Numbered from the stretch's first letter, positions 40,158 to 50,897 are shown. The stretch: 64,000 nt of DNA from Gammaproteobacteria bacterium (GCA_038114285.1 JAYNQN010000007.1:4786-68785); one strand, 5' to 3'. The notes: generated from the letters alone by a model not told the origin. A program made the numbers and translations.

Positions 40158-42581
40158 ATGAGTGAAAATCTAGTAATTGTTGAATCCCCAGCAAAATCAA
40201 AAACAATTGAAAAATATTTAGGCAGTGATTATCGTGTAATTTCTACCGTTGGTCATCTTCGTAATTTACCCTCAAAACATGGTATCGATGTTGATAATAA
40301 TTATCATATGAATTATGAATTAATTGAAAGAGATCATAATAAACCAAAACAGATAATTAATGATATAAAGAAAGCATTAAAAAGTGCGAAGAAACTATAT
40401 CTGGCAACTGACCAAGATAGAGAAGGCGAGGTTATTGCTTGGCATTTAATAGATATTTTAGAAAAAGAAGATTCGTTATCGGGAATTGAAATAGTACGTA
40501 TTGTTTTCAACGAAATAACAAAGAAGGCTATATTAGAATCTATAGAGAATCCAAGAGAACTTTCGTATGATCTTATTAACGCTCAATTTGCAAGAAGGTC
40601 AATTGATTATTTATTTGGCATGGGAATATCACCTCTGTTATGGGGAATAGGTATTAGAAAAGGTTCTGCCGGGAGAGTTCAAAGCCCTGCTTTAAAAATG
40701 ATTGTTGAAAGAGAAGAGGCTATACGAAAATTTATTCCTCAAGAATATTGGACATTAAATGCAAATTTTACTAAAGACAATAATTCTTTTGATGGTTTTT
40801 TGCATAGTAATGATAATAAGAAACTTTTAAAATTTGATATTGATAATGAAAAAGATGCTACTCGTCTTAAAGATGAAATAACAAGTTTATCTACAAATGG
40901 TTTTGAAGTTTTAAAAGTTGTAAAAAAAGAGAGGAAAAGACAGCCAGCAAAGCCATTTATAACATCCACACTTCAGCAAGAAGCTTCAAGAAAGCTTAGG
41001 TTTGCAGCCAGAAGAACAATGGGAATTGCACAAGAATTATATACAGGTATAGATCTAGGAGAAGGACCTGTCGGTTTAATAACATATATGAGAACAGATT
41101 CTATAAATCTGGCTAAAGAAGCAACCGATGAAATTAGACAAATAATTCCAAAATTATTTGGTGATGATGCATTGCCAGATAAAATAAGAGAATATACGAA
41201 TACATCAAAAAATGCTCAGGAAGCCCATGAAGCGATTAGGCCAACTGCTTTTTCTCGCATACCAGATGAAGTAAAAAAATATTTAAACAAGGATCAATAT
41301 GATCTTTATTCTTTGATTTGGAAACGAACAGTTGCTTCACAAATGAATGATGCAATTTTAGATTCTGTTTCAATAGATTTAGGAGTCGGCGATAAAATTT
41401 TTAGATCAACTGGACAATCAATAAAATATCCTGGGTTTATGCAGGTATATTTAGAAGGAAATGATGAAGAAGAAGTAGAGACAGAATCAAAAATACTTCC
41501 AACGATGAGTGAGGGGGATAAGGTTAAGCTTGAAAAACTTGATGCTATACAACATTTCACGCAACCTCCCGGAAGATATACAGAAGCAAGTTTAATTAAA
41601 AACTTAGAAAAAGAAGGAATTGGAAGACCTTCTACGTATGCTGCAATTATAGAGACACTTAGATTTAAAGAATATGTTGAGATTGAAAACAGAACTTTAA
41701 CACCAACAGGTAAGGGGGCATCGGCTTGTGCATTTTTAGATAAAAATTTTAATGATTTTATAAAGTATAGCTATACGGCTGAACTTGAGGAAACTTTGGA
41801 TAAAATTGCAAGAGGTGAAGTTGAATGGGTTCCTACAACAGATTCGTTTTATAAATATTTAACTAAAATGGTTGGACAAACAGAGAAGTTGTCGCCAGAA
41901 GAAAGAAAACAAGAGCGAATTTTAGGAACAGACCCAAAAACTGGCAGGAAAGTTAGCGTAAGACATGGTCCATTCGGTCCACACGCTATGATTGGTTCAA
42001 AGGATGATCCAAAGGAAGCCGGCAAACCAAAATCGGCGTCTTTAAAAAAAGGACAAGATATCACAACAATAACTTTAGACGAGGCTCTGGATTTATTTGT
42101 ATTACCAAGATTACTTGGAGAAACTCCAGATGGAGAACATATAACAGCATGTTTAGGCAGATTTGGGCCATACCTAAATTATGGTGAAAAGAAAAATTTA
42201 TCTTTAAAAGGTCTAGAAGAGAAAGGGCAAGACCCTTATGATCCTTACACAATAACTTATGAGGAAGCATTGCCATTAGTTGAGCAGAAAAAAATTATAG
42301 AGGCTAACAAAGTAATACAGGATTTTAAAGAAAATGACATTCAAGTGTTAAATGGTAGATGGGGGCCGTATGTCACCGATGGAAACAAAAATGTTAAGGT
42401 TCCAAAAGATCAAGATCCAAAAGAATTATCATTAGCTGAGTGTGAGGAAATGATAGCAAATGCCCCAATTAAAAGAGGGAGATTTACAGCTAAAAAGAAA
42501 GTGGTTAAAAAGAAAGTGGTTAAAAAGAAAGTAACTAAAAAGTCATCTAAATCTACTACGAAAAAACAAGATGCAATCTAA
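40158..42581 (+). CDS. topA: DNA topoisomerase I
   Basis: 807 aa with Toprim, a catalytic Tyr region and a Lys-rich tail. Confidence 0.95.
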   Translation: MSENLVIVESPAKSKTIEKYLGSDYRVISTVGHLRNLPSKHGIDVDNNYHMNYELIERDHNKPKQIINDIKKALKSAKKLYLATDQDREGEVIAWHLIDILEKEDSLSGIEIVRIVFNEITKKAILESIENPRELSYDLINAQFARRSIDYLFGMGISPLLWGIGIRKGSAGRVQSPALKMIVEREEAIRKFIPQEYWTLNANFTKDNNSFDGFLHSNDNKKLLKFDIDNEKDATRLKDEITSLSTNGFEVLKVVKKERKRQPAKPFITSTLQQEASRKLRFAARRTMGIAQELYTGIDLGEGPVGLITYMRTDSINLAKEATDEIRQIIPKLFGDDALPDKIREYTNTSKNAQEAHEAIRPTAFSRIPDEVKKYLNKDQYDLYSLIWKRTVASQMNDAILDSVSIDLGVGDKIFRSTGQSIKYPGFMQVYLEGNDEEEVETESKILPTMSEGDKVKLEKLDAIQHFTQPPGRYTEASLIKNLEKEGIGRPSTYAAIIETLRFKEYVEIENRTLTPTGKGASACAFLDKNFNDFIKYSYTAELEETLDKIARGEVEWVPTTDSFYKYLTKMVGQTEKLSPEERKQERILGTDPKTGRKVSVRHGPFGPHAMIGSKDDPKEAGKPKSASLKKGQDITTITLDEALDLFVLPRLLGETPDGEHITACLGRFGPYLNYGEKKNLSLKGLEEKGQDPYDPYTITYEEALPLVEQKKIIEANKVIQDFKENDIQVLNGRWGPYVTDGNKNVKVPKDQDPKELSLAECEEMIANAPIKRGRFTAKKKVVKKKVVKKKVTKKSSKSTTKKQDAI
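42492..42536 (+). repeat. Tandem 15-bp repeat x3 encoding the KKKVV tail of TopA
   Basis: aaaaagaaagtggtt occurs twice, followed by a variant copy. Confidence 0.6.
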
Positions 42582-42587
42582 TTAATT

Positions 42588-43175
42588 TTGAATATTCTTA
42601 TGTCAAAGATTATTAATTTACAAAATAATAATGAAATCTCTGAATTTATCGAGTCGGTCAAGAAGGGAGCTATTTTTGCTTATCCTACTGAAGCAGTTTT
42701 TGGTCTTGGTTGTGATATTAATAATAAATATGCAATACAAAAAATATTAAATATAAAGAAAAGAGACATATCAAAAGGATTAATAGTAATTTCTGACAAT
42801 CTTGAAAAGGTTAGAAATCTCATTGATGATAATTATTTCAAGATTTTTGTTGAGGAGAATAGCGCATCAACCCCTACAACATGGCTTTGTCCAGCTAGTA
42901 ATTTAGTCTTACCAGAAATAACAGGAGATAGTAAAAAAATCGCAATAAGAATAACAAAGCATGATATTTCAAAGGCAATATGCAAGTTGTTAGATATGCC
43001 AATAATATCAACAAGCGCAAATATTGCTGGCGAGAAACCTGTTACAAAACAAGATGGCTTAAAATCTTTTTTTGATGATATAGATTATACTGTAGATGGT
43101 GAAGTGGGTAATAATAAAAAGCCTTCTAGAATTATTGACCTGATCTCAAAAGAAGTTATTAGAGAAGGAGGGTAA
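42588..43175 (+). CDS. tsaC: Threonylcarbamoyl-AMP synthase (YrdC/Sua5 family)
   Basis: 195 aa. Confidence 0.8.
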   Translation: MNILMSKIINLQNNNEISEFIESVKKGAIFAYPTEAVFGLGCDINNKYAIQKILNIKKRDISKGLIVISDNLEKVRNLIDDNYFKIFVEENSASTPTTWLCPASNLVLPEITGDSKKIAIRITKHDISKAICKLLDMPIISTSANIAGEKPVTKQDGLKSFFDDIDYTVDGEVGNNKKPSRIIDLISKEVIREGG

Positions 43176-44090
43176 GTGTCAAATATCACAGATGAAAAAA
43201 TTGAAGGAGTTAAAAGTTATTTATTAAACTTGCAAAGTAATATCATTTCTATGATTTGTAAATATGAAGATCATGAATTTTATAAAGATAAATGGTCTAG
43301 AGAAGAAGGTGGTGGAGGAATAACTTGTATTCTCCAGGGTGGGGAAACCTTTGATAAAGTAGGAGTGAATTTTTCAGATATTGCTGGCGAAAGTTTGCCA
43401 TCAGCAGCAACAAATTTAAGACCTGAGCTTAAAGGGAGAAAATATCAGGCTATGGGTGTATCTGTTGTATGTCACCCAAAAAATCCTCATATGCCTACCA
43501 CACACTTAAATGTAAGATTATTTATAGCATCTTTAGATAATAACGCGCCAATATGGTGGTTTGGAGGAGGTTTTGATATGACACCATATTATGGTTATGA
43601 AGAGGATGCTATTCATTGGCATAAAACAGCAAAAGATATATGCGACCCATATGGGAAAGAAGTATATAAAGATTATAAATCAAATTGTGATAAATATTTT
43701 TATATTAAACATAGAAAAGAGCCAAGAGGAATTGGAGGGCTGTTTTTTGATGATTTAAATCAATGGGGTTTTGATAGTTGTTTTAAGTTTATTCAATCTG
43801 TGGGTAATGGATTTATTAAAGCGTATGAGCCAATTATTATAAAACGTTTTTCTGAAGAATATTCTGAAAAGCAAAAAGATTTTCAGTTATTTAGAAGAGG
43901 AAGGTATGCTGAATTTAACTTAGTATACGACAGAGGCACCTTGTTTGGACTACAATCAAATGGCAGAACAGAATCAATTTTAATGTCTATGCCACCATTA
44001 GTAAAATGGGAATATAATTACAAGATAGAAGAAAATAGTTTGGAACAAGAATTATATAATAAATTTTTAATTCAAAAAAATTGGGTTTAA
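43176..44090 (+). CDS. hemF: Oxygen-dependent coproporphyrinogen III oxidase
   Basis: 304 aa. Confidence 0.92.
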   Translation: MSNITDEKIEGVKSYLLNLQSNIISMICKYEDHEFYKDKWSREEGGGGITCILQGGETFDKVGVNFSDIAGESLPSAATNLRPELKGRKYQAMGVSVVCHPKNPHMPTTHLNVRLFIASLDNNAPIWWFGGGFDMTPYYGYEEDAIHWHKTAKDICDPYGKEVYKDYKSNCDKYFYIKHRKEPRGIGGLFFDDLNQWGFDSCFKFIQSVGNGFIKAYEPIIIKRFSEEYSEKQKDFQLFRRGRYAEFNLVYDRGTLFGLQSNGRTESILMSMPPLVKWEYNYKIEENSLEQELYNKFLIQKNWV

Positions 44091-44091
44091 T

Positions 44092-44892
44092 CTATTTTTT
44101 GTGATTTGGAAAAAATAATTGACTACCAGAAATTTTAAATTCAGAAATTAATTTTTGACCCTCTTCTCCTATTAACCATGATGAAAAGTGATTAGCTAAT
44201 TTACTCTTCACATGCGGGTGTTTTTTTGGGTTAATAACTATTACGCTATATTGGTTGTGAAGTGGGGGCACTCCTGAGTACAAAACATCTAAATCTTGTT
44301 TGTTATTAAAACTTAACCATGTACCCCTATCAGTAATTGTGTAAGCATCCATACTTGCCGCCATATTTAGAGTTGCACCCATTCCTCTTCCAGCATCTAT
44401 ATAAAATTCTCTATTAAGATTTTTTGGATTTATACCTGATTTTTTCCATAGTAGAACTTCACGTTTATGGGTTCCGCTATTGTCTCCTCTTGTTAAAAAA
44501 GATAATTCTTTTTCTTGTATTGTCTTGAATACATCTTTTATAGTTTTTTTTTCTTTAATTTTTTCTGGGTCTTTTTTTGGTCCAATGATAATAAAGTCAT
44601 TGTACATTAAGAGTTTTCTTTCAAGTCCATAACCTTTTTTAATAAACTCTTTTTCATCGTCTTCTGAATGAACTATTAACAAATCACCATCACCATTCAT
44701 AGCATTCTTTATAGCCTGACCGGTCCCGACAGCAACCACACGAACATCAACACCAAATTTCTCTTCATATTTCGGAAGTAAAAATTCATAAAAACCTGAA
44801 TCAGAAGTAGAGGTTGTTGATTGGACAACTAAGAACTCTGATGCGCTTGCATTGTTAAGTAAAAAAAAAATTAATAGAACTCTATAAATCAT
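44092..44892 (-). CDS. Orphan periplasmic substrate-binding protein, TupA-like (tungstate/molybdate-type PBP)
   Basis: Signal peptide and an STTSTSDSG anion-binding motif resembling TupA TTTST. There is no adjacent permease or ATPase. Confidence 0.55.
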   Translation of the reverse strand: MIYRVLLIFFLLNNASASEFLVVQSTTSTSDSGFYEFLLPKYEEKFGVDVRVVAVGTGQAIKNAMNGDGDLLIVHSEDDEKEFIKKGYGLERKLLMYNDFIIIGPKKDPEKIKEKKTIKDVFKTIQEKELSFLTRGDNSGTHKREVLLWKKSGINPKNLNREFYIDAGRGMGATLNMAASMDAYTITDRGTWLSFNNKQDLDVLYSGVPPLHNQYSVIVINPKKHPHVKSKLANHFSSWLIGEEGQKLISEFKISGSQLFFPNHKK

Positions 44893-44919
44893 AAATATTT
44901 TATAAAATAATTAAATTTA

Positions 44920-45336
44920 CTAGTCTATAAAAATAGTAAATTTTTTTGTTATTAATGGTATTTTATGTGGAGTATGACTGTAGTCTGCAAATAAAAGCTG
45001 TATGGTATTTTTTCCTTTCTTGAGTTCAATTGTTGCAGATGTTTGCCCTTTTCCGTAATGGATAATATATTCATTCATAGGAAGAGGTTTTGTGAGATCT
45101 GGTAGTTTCTCTAAATTAATTAATAAATGGTGATGTCCACTATTTTTTTCTTTTACACCAGCTTTATTAACTTTCATATTTTTTACAACGAAATCTAGCT
45201 TTATTGGAGATGTGTATTTTTTACCATCCTCAATGCCTAGCAACTCTATAGATGGTTTTGAATGATTACCACTTATAGCTATTCCTGAAATAGTGAATAA
45301 AATAAAAATATAAATAAATTTTTTTATACTAATCAT
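44920..45336 (-). CDS. Secreted small protein with a GHHH motif (DUF4399-like)
   Basis: 138 aa with a signal peptide and an NSGHHHLLIN motif. Confidence 0.4.
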   Translation of the reverse strand: MISIKKFIYIFILFTISGIAISGNHSKPSIELLGIEDGKKYTSPIKLDFVVKNMKVNKAGVKEKNSGHHHLLINLEKLPDLTKPLPMNEYIIHYGKGQTSATIELKKGKNTIQLLFADYSHTPHKIPLITKKFTIFID

Positions 45337-45829
45337 TTTTTCCTCTTAATAAAATTTTCACGGTTATTATAGTTAATATCAAAAATAAAATAAATGTGTA
45401 TATTGGTATCGACAGGCCAAAAAGCTGCCATTTAATATCATTGCAAGGAGTTGGGTTATCAAAAATATTTTTCAAAGCATCTAACAATGGTAGTGTAGTA
45501 ATATAATAAAAGAATCCACCTCCGCATCCAAAACCCTCCATAGCTGTCTCGTCGTAAAAGTATTGAAGCCAAATATGTCTTATAGTACTTATAATTCCAA
45601 AGGAACATAAAAGTAAATTAAAAAAGAAAAGTGTTTTAAAAAAGTACTTATTTTTTGTCAATAGCGAAATTAAAAAGATTGAGGCAATAATAAAAATTAT
45701 CAATCTATCTAAAACGCAAAGCGTGCATGCAACAAGTCCTTCAATTAAGTCAAAATAAATATATGCTACAAATAAAGATAAAATGCATATAATTAAGCCA
45801 ATAGTTTCTAATTTGATTAGTTTGAACAT
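45329..45829 (-). CDS. dsbB: Disulfide bond formation protein DsbB-like
   Basis: 166 aa with four TM segments and Cys pairs CTLC and C-x-PTPC in the predicted periplasmic loops. Confidence 0.6.
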   Translation of the reverse strand: MFKLIKLETIGLIICILSLFVAYIYFDLIEGLVACTLCVLDRLIIFIIASIFLISLLTKNKYFFKTLFFFNLLLCSFGIISTIRHIWLQYFYDETAMEGFGCGGGFFYYITTLPLLDALKNIFDNPTPCNDIKWQLFGLSIPIYTFILFLILTIITVKILLRGKND

Positions 45830-45875
45830 ATCTATATTATAGGCTTATTAATTAATAATTTCAGCTTAAACACTT

Positions 45876-46874
45876 ATGAGTAAGAGTTATCCAACTACTA
45901 GAATGAGAAGAAATAGGTCTGCTAAATTTATTCGAAATCTTGTTCGCGAGACTTCATTTTCAGCAGATGATTTAATATATCCAATTTTTATTTTATCAGG
46001 CAAGAACAAAGAAGAACCTATAGATTCTATGCCTGGGAGAAAAAGATGTACGATTGATAAGCTTCTCCCTGATTTGACAAAACTTCATAAGAAAGGCCTT
46101 AATGCAATTGCAATTTTCCCGGTTGTAGAATTAACAAAAAAATCAGAAGATGCTAAAGAGTCATATAATCCAAATGGTTTGGTCCAGAATGCTGTAAAAA
46201 TTATTAAAAAAGAATTACCAGATTTAGGAGTAATAACTGATGTGGCTTTGGATCCTTATACTATTAGCGGGCATGATGGATTAATTGACGATAATGGTTA
46301 TGTAATAAATGATCAAACTGTGAACATTTTAACAAAACAGGCATTGTCGCATGCTGAAGCAGGAGCGGATATTGTTGCTCCTTCTGACATGATGGATGGT
46401 AGAGTAATGGAAATTCGGAATATTTTAGAAAAAAATAAGTTTCATAATACAAAAATATTATCTTATGCAGCAAAATATGCTTCAAATTTATACGGGCCAT
46501 TTAGAAATGCAGTTGATTCGTCTGACAACTTGAAAGGTTCTTCAAAAGAAACATACCAAATGGATTTTGCAAATATTACAGAGGCATCATTGGAAATCAA
46601 ATTGGATATTAATGAAGGTGCAGACATGATAATTATAAAACCAGGTTTACCTTACCTTGACATAGTTGCAAAAATAAAAAGTAAATTTTCTGTGCCTGTT
46701 TTTTCTTATCATGTGAGTGGCGAATATTCTATGATAAAAAGTGCTGCTTTAAATAATTATATTGATGAAAAATCTTTTGTTTTAGAAGCTATGTATTGTT
46801 TTAAAAGAGCAGGCTGTAATGCTGTATTGACATATTACACTCCTGAAATAATAGAATGGTTAGGTGATAATTAA
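45876..46874 (+). CDS. hemB: Porphobilinogen synthase
   Basis: 332 aa. Confidence 0.95.
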   Translation: MSKSYPTTRMRRNRSAKFIRNLVRETSFSADDLIYPIFILSGKNKEEPIDSMPGRKRCTIDKLLPDLTKLHKKGLNAIAIFPVVELTKKSEDAKESYNPNGLVQNAVKIIKKELPDLGVITDVALDPYTISGHDGLIDDNGYVINDQTVNILTKQALSHAEAGADIVAPSDMMDGRVMEIRNILEKNKFHNTKILSYAAKYASNLYGPFRNAVDSSDNLKGSSKETYQMDFANITEASLEIKLDINEGADMIIIKPGLPYLDIVAKIKSKFSVPVFSYHVSGEYSMIKSAALNNYIDEKSFVLEAMYCFKRAGCNAVLTYYTPEIIEWLGDN

Positions 46875-47692
46875 TGATAAAAAAATATGCTGTATTTGGA
46901 AATCCGATTGAGCATAGTCTTTCTCCTTTGATACATTCTCATTTTGCGAATAGTCTTAAAATTGATTTAAGTTATAAGCCTATTTTAGTAAATCTTGGTA
47001 AATTTGAAGAAGAAGCGAAAAAATTTCTACAAGGTGGCGGTTTAGGATTTAATATAACCCTTCCTTTTAAGCAAGAAGCATATAATTTTGTAGATTCTAA
47101 ATCTAATATTGCGCAAATCACAGGAGCAGTTAACACAATTTCATTTAAAGATGGAAAAATACATGGCGATAATACAGATGGAGTGGGTTTTATAAGAGAC
47201 CTTAAAAAAAATAATTTTTATGAAATGAAAGATAAGAAAGTGCTTTTGGTAGGCGCAGGCGGAGCAGCTATGGGCGTCATACCTAATATTTTAAATGAAG
47301 AACCTTCGTTATTAAAAATATATAATAGAACTTATGATAAAGCTAAAAATCTTTGTGAAAAATTTAAGGATATAGGAAAAATAGAGGCTGTAAAAAAAGA
47401 TTTATCAAATAAAGATGATTTTGATTTAATTATAAATGCCACTTCTATTGGTATTAATAACTCTAGTTTTGAATTGTCTCAAGATTTTTTTAATATTGGC
47501 ACAGTGTGTTATGACATGTCTTATGGAAAAGCTTCTTATAGTTTTATGGAGTGGGCAAAAAAAAATAATTTGAAGTTTTACGATGGTCTTGGAATGTTAA
47601 TAGAACAGGCGGCCGAATCATTTTATATCTGGGAATCAAAAAGACCTTTAATTTCAGATGAGCTTCAAAAATTAATAAGAAATAAATTATGA
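46874..47692 (+). CDS. aroE: Shikimate dehydrogenase
   Basis: 272 aa. Confidence 0.88.
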   Translation: MIKKYAVFGNPIEHSLSPLIHSHFANSLKIDLSYKPILVNLGKFEEEAKKFLQGGGLGFNITLPFKQEAYNFVDSKSNIAQITGAVNTISFKDGKIHGDNTDGVGFIRDLKKNNFYEMKDKKVLLVGAGGAAMGVIPNILNEEPSLLKIYNRTYDKAKNLCEKFKDIGKIEAVKKDLSNKDDFDLIINATSIGINNSSFELSQDFFNIGTVCYDMSYGKASYSFMEWAKKNNLKFYDGLGMLIEQAAESFYIWESKRPLISDELQKLIRNKL

Positions 47693-48325
47693 GCCGTATT
47701 TTTCCTTGTAAGTAATTATGCTATCTTTGTATTTTTCAAATTCTTTAGTGCGTGCTACAAACTCTATAATATCCGAAATACTTATTAGACTATGAACTTT
47801 AATGCCAAAATCTTTTTGAATTTCTTCTGACGCTGATATATCTTTACTACCTTTTTCTTGTCTATCAAGTAGTACTAATAAGGTGTCTACTTCTATATTA
47901 TATTTATCTAACTTTTTTAAAGTATTTTTTATAGCTGTACCAGCTGTTATGACATCATCAATAATCAAAGTTTTTCCATCATTAAAAGTTCCAACAATAT
48001 CTCCTTTCTCGCCATGCATTTTTTGATCCTTTCTGTCATATATAAAATTAGTTTCATAACCATTTTTTTCTGCTATAAAAGAAGATAGAGTTGCGGCCAA
48101 TGGAATGCCTTTATAAGCAGGTCCAAGAATGTTTGCGAATTTAATGTTTTTTTCTTTGATTAATTCTATAAATAAATTACTGATAATAGATAGCGATTTT
48201 CCATCAGAAAATACTCCGCTATTAAAAAAGTAGGGACTCATTCGTTCAGATTTAAGCTTAAAACTACCAAATTTTAGTGCATCTTTATCAATGGCTAGTT
48301 TTATGAATGTTTTTTTATAATCCAT
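47687..48325 (-). CDS. pyrE: Orotate phosphoribosyltransferase
   Basis: 212 aa. Confidence 0.92.
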   Translation of the reverse strand: MDYKKTFIKLAIDKDALKFGSFKLKSERMSPYFFNSGVFSDGKSLSIISNLFIELIKEKNIKFANILGPAYKGIPLAATLSSFIAEKNGYETNFIYDRKDQKMHGEKGDIVGTFNDGKTLIIDDVITAGTAIKNTLKKLDKYNIEVDTLLVLLDRQEKGSKDISASEEIQKDFGIKVHSLISISDIIEFVARTKEFEKYKDSIITYKEKYGS

Positions 48326-48383
48326 TGTTTTTTATCGAAGTTATAATAGACTAACTATATTATATATTAAAAAAGCAAATTAT

Positions 48384-49151
48384 ATGAAAATAGTATCTTG
48401 TAATCTTAATGGAATTAGAAGTGCTCATCGCAAAGGTTTCTTTGATTGGTATAAAAAGCAGAAATCTGACGTATTATGTATACAAGAATTGAAGGCTCAA
48501 GAAGACCAGATTGATACAAATATAATGTTTTCTAAACACACACATTCATTCTTTAAATGTGCAGAAAAAAAGGGTTATAGTGGCGTCTCAATTCATTCAA
48601 AAGTAAAGCCTGATAAAGTCATTTATGAATATGGTGATAAAGAGTTTGATAAAGAAGGAAGATATATTGAGGCACAATTTGGAAATTTATCAGTAATATC
48701 ATTATATGCACCATCGGGCTCGTCTGGCGAAGCAAGACAAGAGGCAAAGTTTAGATTTTTAAAATCTTTTAAAAAGCATTTGATAAAAATTTTAAGAACA
48801 AAAAGAAAATATATTATATGCGGTGATTGGAATATAGCACATAAGGAAATTGACTTAAAAAATTGGAAAGGTAATAAGAAAAATTCTGGATTTTTGCCCG
48901 AGGAAAGAGCATGGCTTGATGATTTGTTTAAGGAAAAGAAATATATTGATGCTTTTAGGGAGATTAATAAAAATGCTGATGAGTACACATGGTGGTCAAA
49001 TAGAGGTAATGCGAGAGAAAAAAATGTAGGTTGGAGAATAGATTACCAAATTGTGTCAGGTAACCTTGCAAATAAAATAGAAAAACAAAAAATATATAGA
49101 GATACTATCTTTTCAGATCATGCCCCTTTAATTTTTACGTATAAAATATAA
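48384..49151 (+). CDS. Exodeoxyribonuclease III family nuclease (second paralog)
   Basis: 255 aa EEP fold with an SDHAPL C-terminus. It is divergent from xthA at 22847. Confidence 0.8.
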   Translation: MKIVSCNLNGIRSAHRKGFFDWYKKQKSDVLCIQELKAQEDQIDTNIMFSKHTHSFFKCAEKKGYSGVSIHSKVKPDKVIYEYGDKEFDKEGRYIEAQFGNLSVISLYAPSGSSGEARQEAKFRFLKSFKKHLIKILRTKRKYIICGDWNIAHKEIDLKNWKGNKKNSGFLPEERAWLDDLFKEKKYIDAFREINKNADEYTWWSNRGNAREKNVGWRIDYQIVSGNLANKIEKQKIYRDTIFSDHAPLIFTYKI

Positions 49152-50425
49152 TGAGAGATTTTTTCAATAAAGAAGTGTGGACTAATATATTTTTACATCT
49201 TAAAAATAAAAAACTATTAACAATGTTTTTATTCGGTTTTTCTGCTGGGCTTCCATTATTATTAGTGTTTACTACTTTGTCAGCTTGGTTAAGAGACGAA
49301 GAAATTGTTAGATCAGCAATAGGTTTTTTTGGGTGGGTAACAATTTTTTATGGCCTAAAGTTTTTGTGGGCACCTTTAATAGATAGTATTAAATTACCGC
49401 TTTTACATAATTTTTTGGGTAAAAGAAGAAGCTGGTTATTATTAACCCAAGTAGCTATTGGAATTTTTCTTTATCTCTTGGCGACAGTATCGCCAAGTAG
49501 TGATAGTTTATTTCTATTTGCAATGTGCGCATTATTTGTTTCTTTTTTTTCCGCTTCACAAGATATTGTTGTTGATGCATATCGTATAGAAATTGCTCCT
49601 ACCGAGTCACAAGGATTGTTAACAGCTGGCTATCAATTTGGCTATAGAGTAGCAATTTTAGTATCTGGCGCAGGAGCTCTTTATATAGCAGATAGTTATT
49701 CTTGGGAAATTTCATATAAAGTTATGTCTCTTTTAATGCTTGTAGGTATTATCACAACTCTATTATCTTCTGAGCCAAGAGAACATAAATTTAAACTTAA
49801 TAATTCTGAAAATTTAATTTCAGCAGTATTTTGGGCGCCTATAAGAGATTTCTTTTCAAGATATAAAAATGCTTTTTTAATTTTAATTTTTATAGGTGTT
49901 TATAGATTGAGTGATTTATCCATGGCCGTTATGGCAAACCCATTTTATTTAGACATAGGATTTACGCTTTCGCAAATAGCATCTGTAACAAAAGTTTTTG
50001 GTATCGTGATGACGCTGATTGGAGCATTTGTTGGAGGTATTATTGTTTTAAGATATGGAGTTCTAAAGCCACTTTTTTACGGTTCGATAATGATAGCATC
50101 CACGACCTTAATGTTTGTTATTCAATCTATATTTGGTAATGATATTTATTTATTTATATTAACAATAGCATTGGATAATTTTACAGGTGGCTTTGCTGGA
50201 ACTGTTTTTATAGCATATTTATCTAGCTTGACTGATCCAAAGTATACGGCAACGCAATATGCTCTTTTTAGTTCATTGATGCTTGTGCCTGGAAAATTTC
50301 TATCAGGGTTTTCAGGTCTAGTTGTAGATAATTATGGGTACGTAGAGTTATTTTTAGTTTCTGCATCTTTAGGAATTCCAGCAATTATTCTTTCTTACTA
50401 TTTAAAGAATAATATTAAGGTTTAA
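49151..50425 (+). CDS. ampG: Muropeptide MFS transporter AmpG
   Basis: 424 aa, polytopic. Confidence 0.8.
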   Translation: MRDFFNKEVWTNIFLHLKNKKLLTMFLFGFSAGLPLLLVFTTLSAWLRDEEIVRSAIGFFGWVTIFYGLKFLWAPLIDSIKLPLLHNFLGKRRSWLLLTQVAIGIFLYLLATVSPSSDSLFLFAMCALFVSFFSASQDIVVDAYRIEIAPTESQGLLTAGYQFGYRVAILVSGAGALYIADSYSWEISYKVMSLLMLVGIITTLLSSEPREHKFKLNNSENLISAVFWAPIRDFFSRYKNAFLILIFIGVYRLSDLSMAVMANPFYLDIGFTLSQIASVTKVFGIVMTLIGAFVGGIIVLRYGVLKPLFYGSIMIASTTLMFVIQSIFGNDIYLFILTIALDNFTGGFAGTVFIAYLSSLTDPKYTATQYALFSSLMLVPGKFLSGFSGLVVDNYGYVELFLVSASLGIPAIILSYYLKNNIKV

Positions 50426-50897
50426 TAAGAATCTGAGTCCCTTCTGTAGCCAAACCCCATAAATCTTGCATATCAGAGTTACTAAGAGCTATGCAGCCTT
50501 CTGTCCAATCTGATCCATTGTATAAATATTGTGACAACAGTTTAGTTGGTGGAAGTCCATGTATAGCGATATGTTTTCCTGGATTTCTTTTTTTCTTTAA
50601 AGCAACTTGCTCATCATGATAATTTGGATAAGAAATATGGAGTGATAAGAAGTATTTACTTTTGGCATTCTTACCATCAATAAAATAATATCCTTCTGGA
50701 GTTTTTTTATCTCCTTCAAATTTTTTATGTCCTATAGGATTTTGTCCTAATGCAATATCATACTTCCTTAAAATTTTATCATCTTTAATTGCATATAATT
50801 TTCTTTCAGATTTTTTAATTATAATAATGTCAATTTCATCATCAGCAAAGCTTATATATGAAGAAAGAATTAATAAAATTGTTAATAAGATTTTCAT
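50415..50897 (-). CDS. L,D-transpeptidase (YkuD domain)
   Basis: Signal peptide and an HGLPP...GCIALSN catalytic motif. Confidence 0.8.
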   Translation of the reverse strand: MKILLTILLILSSYISFADDEIDIIIIKKSERKLYAIKDDKILRKYDIALGQNPIGHKKFEGDKKTPEGYYFIDGKNAKSKYFLSLHISYPNYHDEQVALKKKRNPGKHIAIHGLPPTKLLSQYLYNGSDWTEGCIALSNSDMQDLWGLATEGTQILIKP

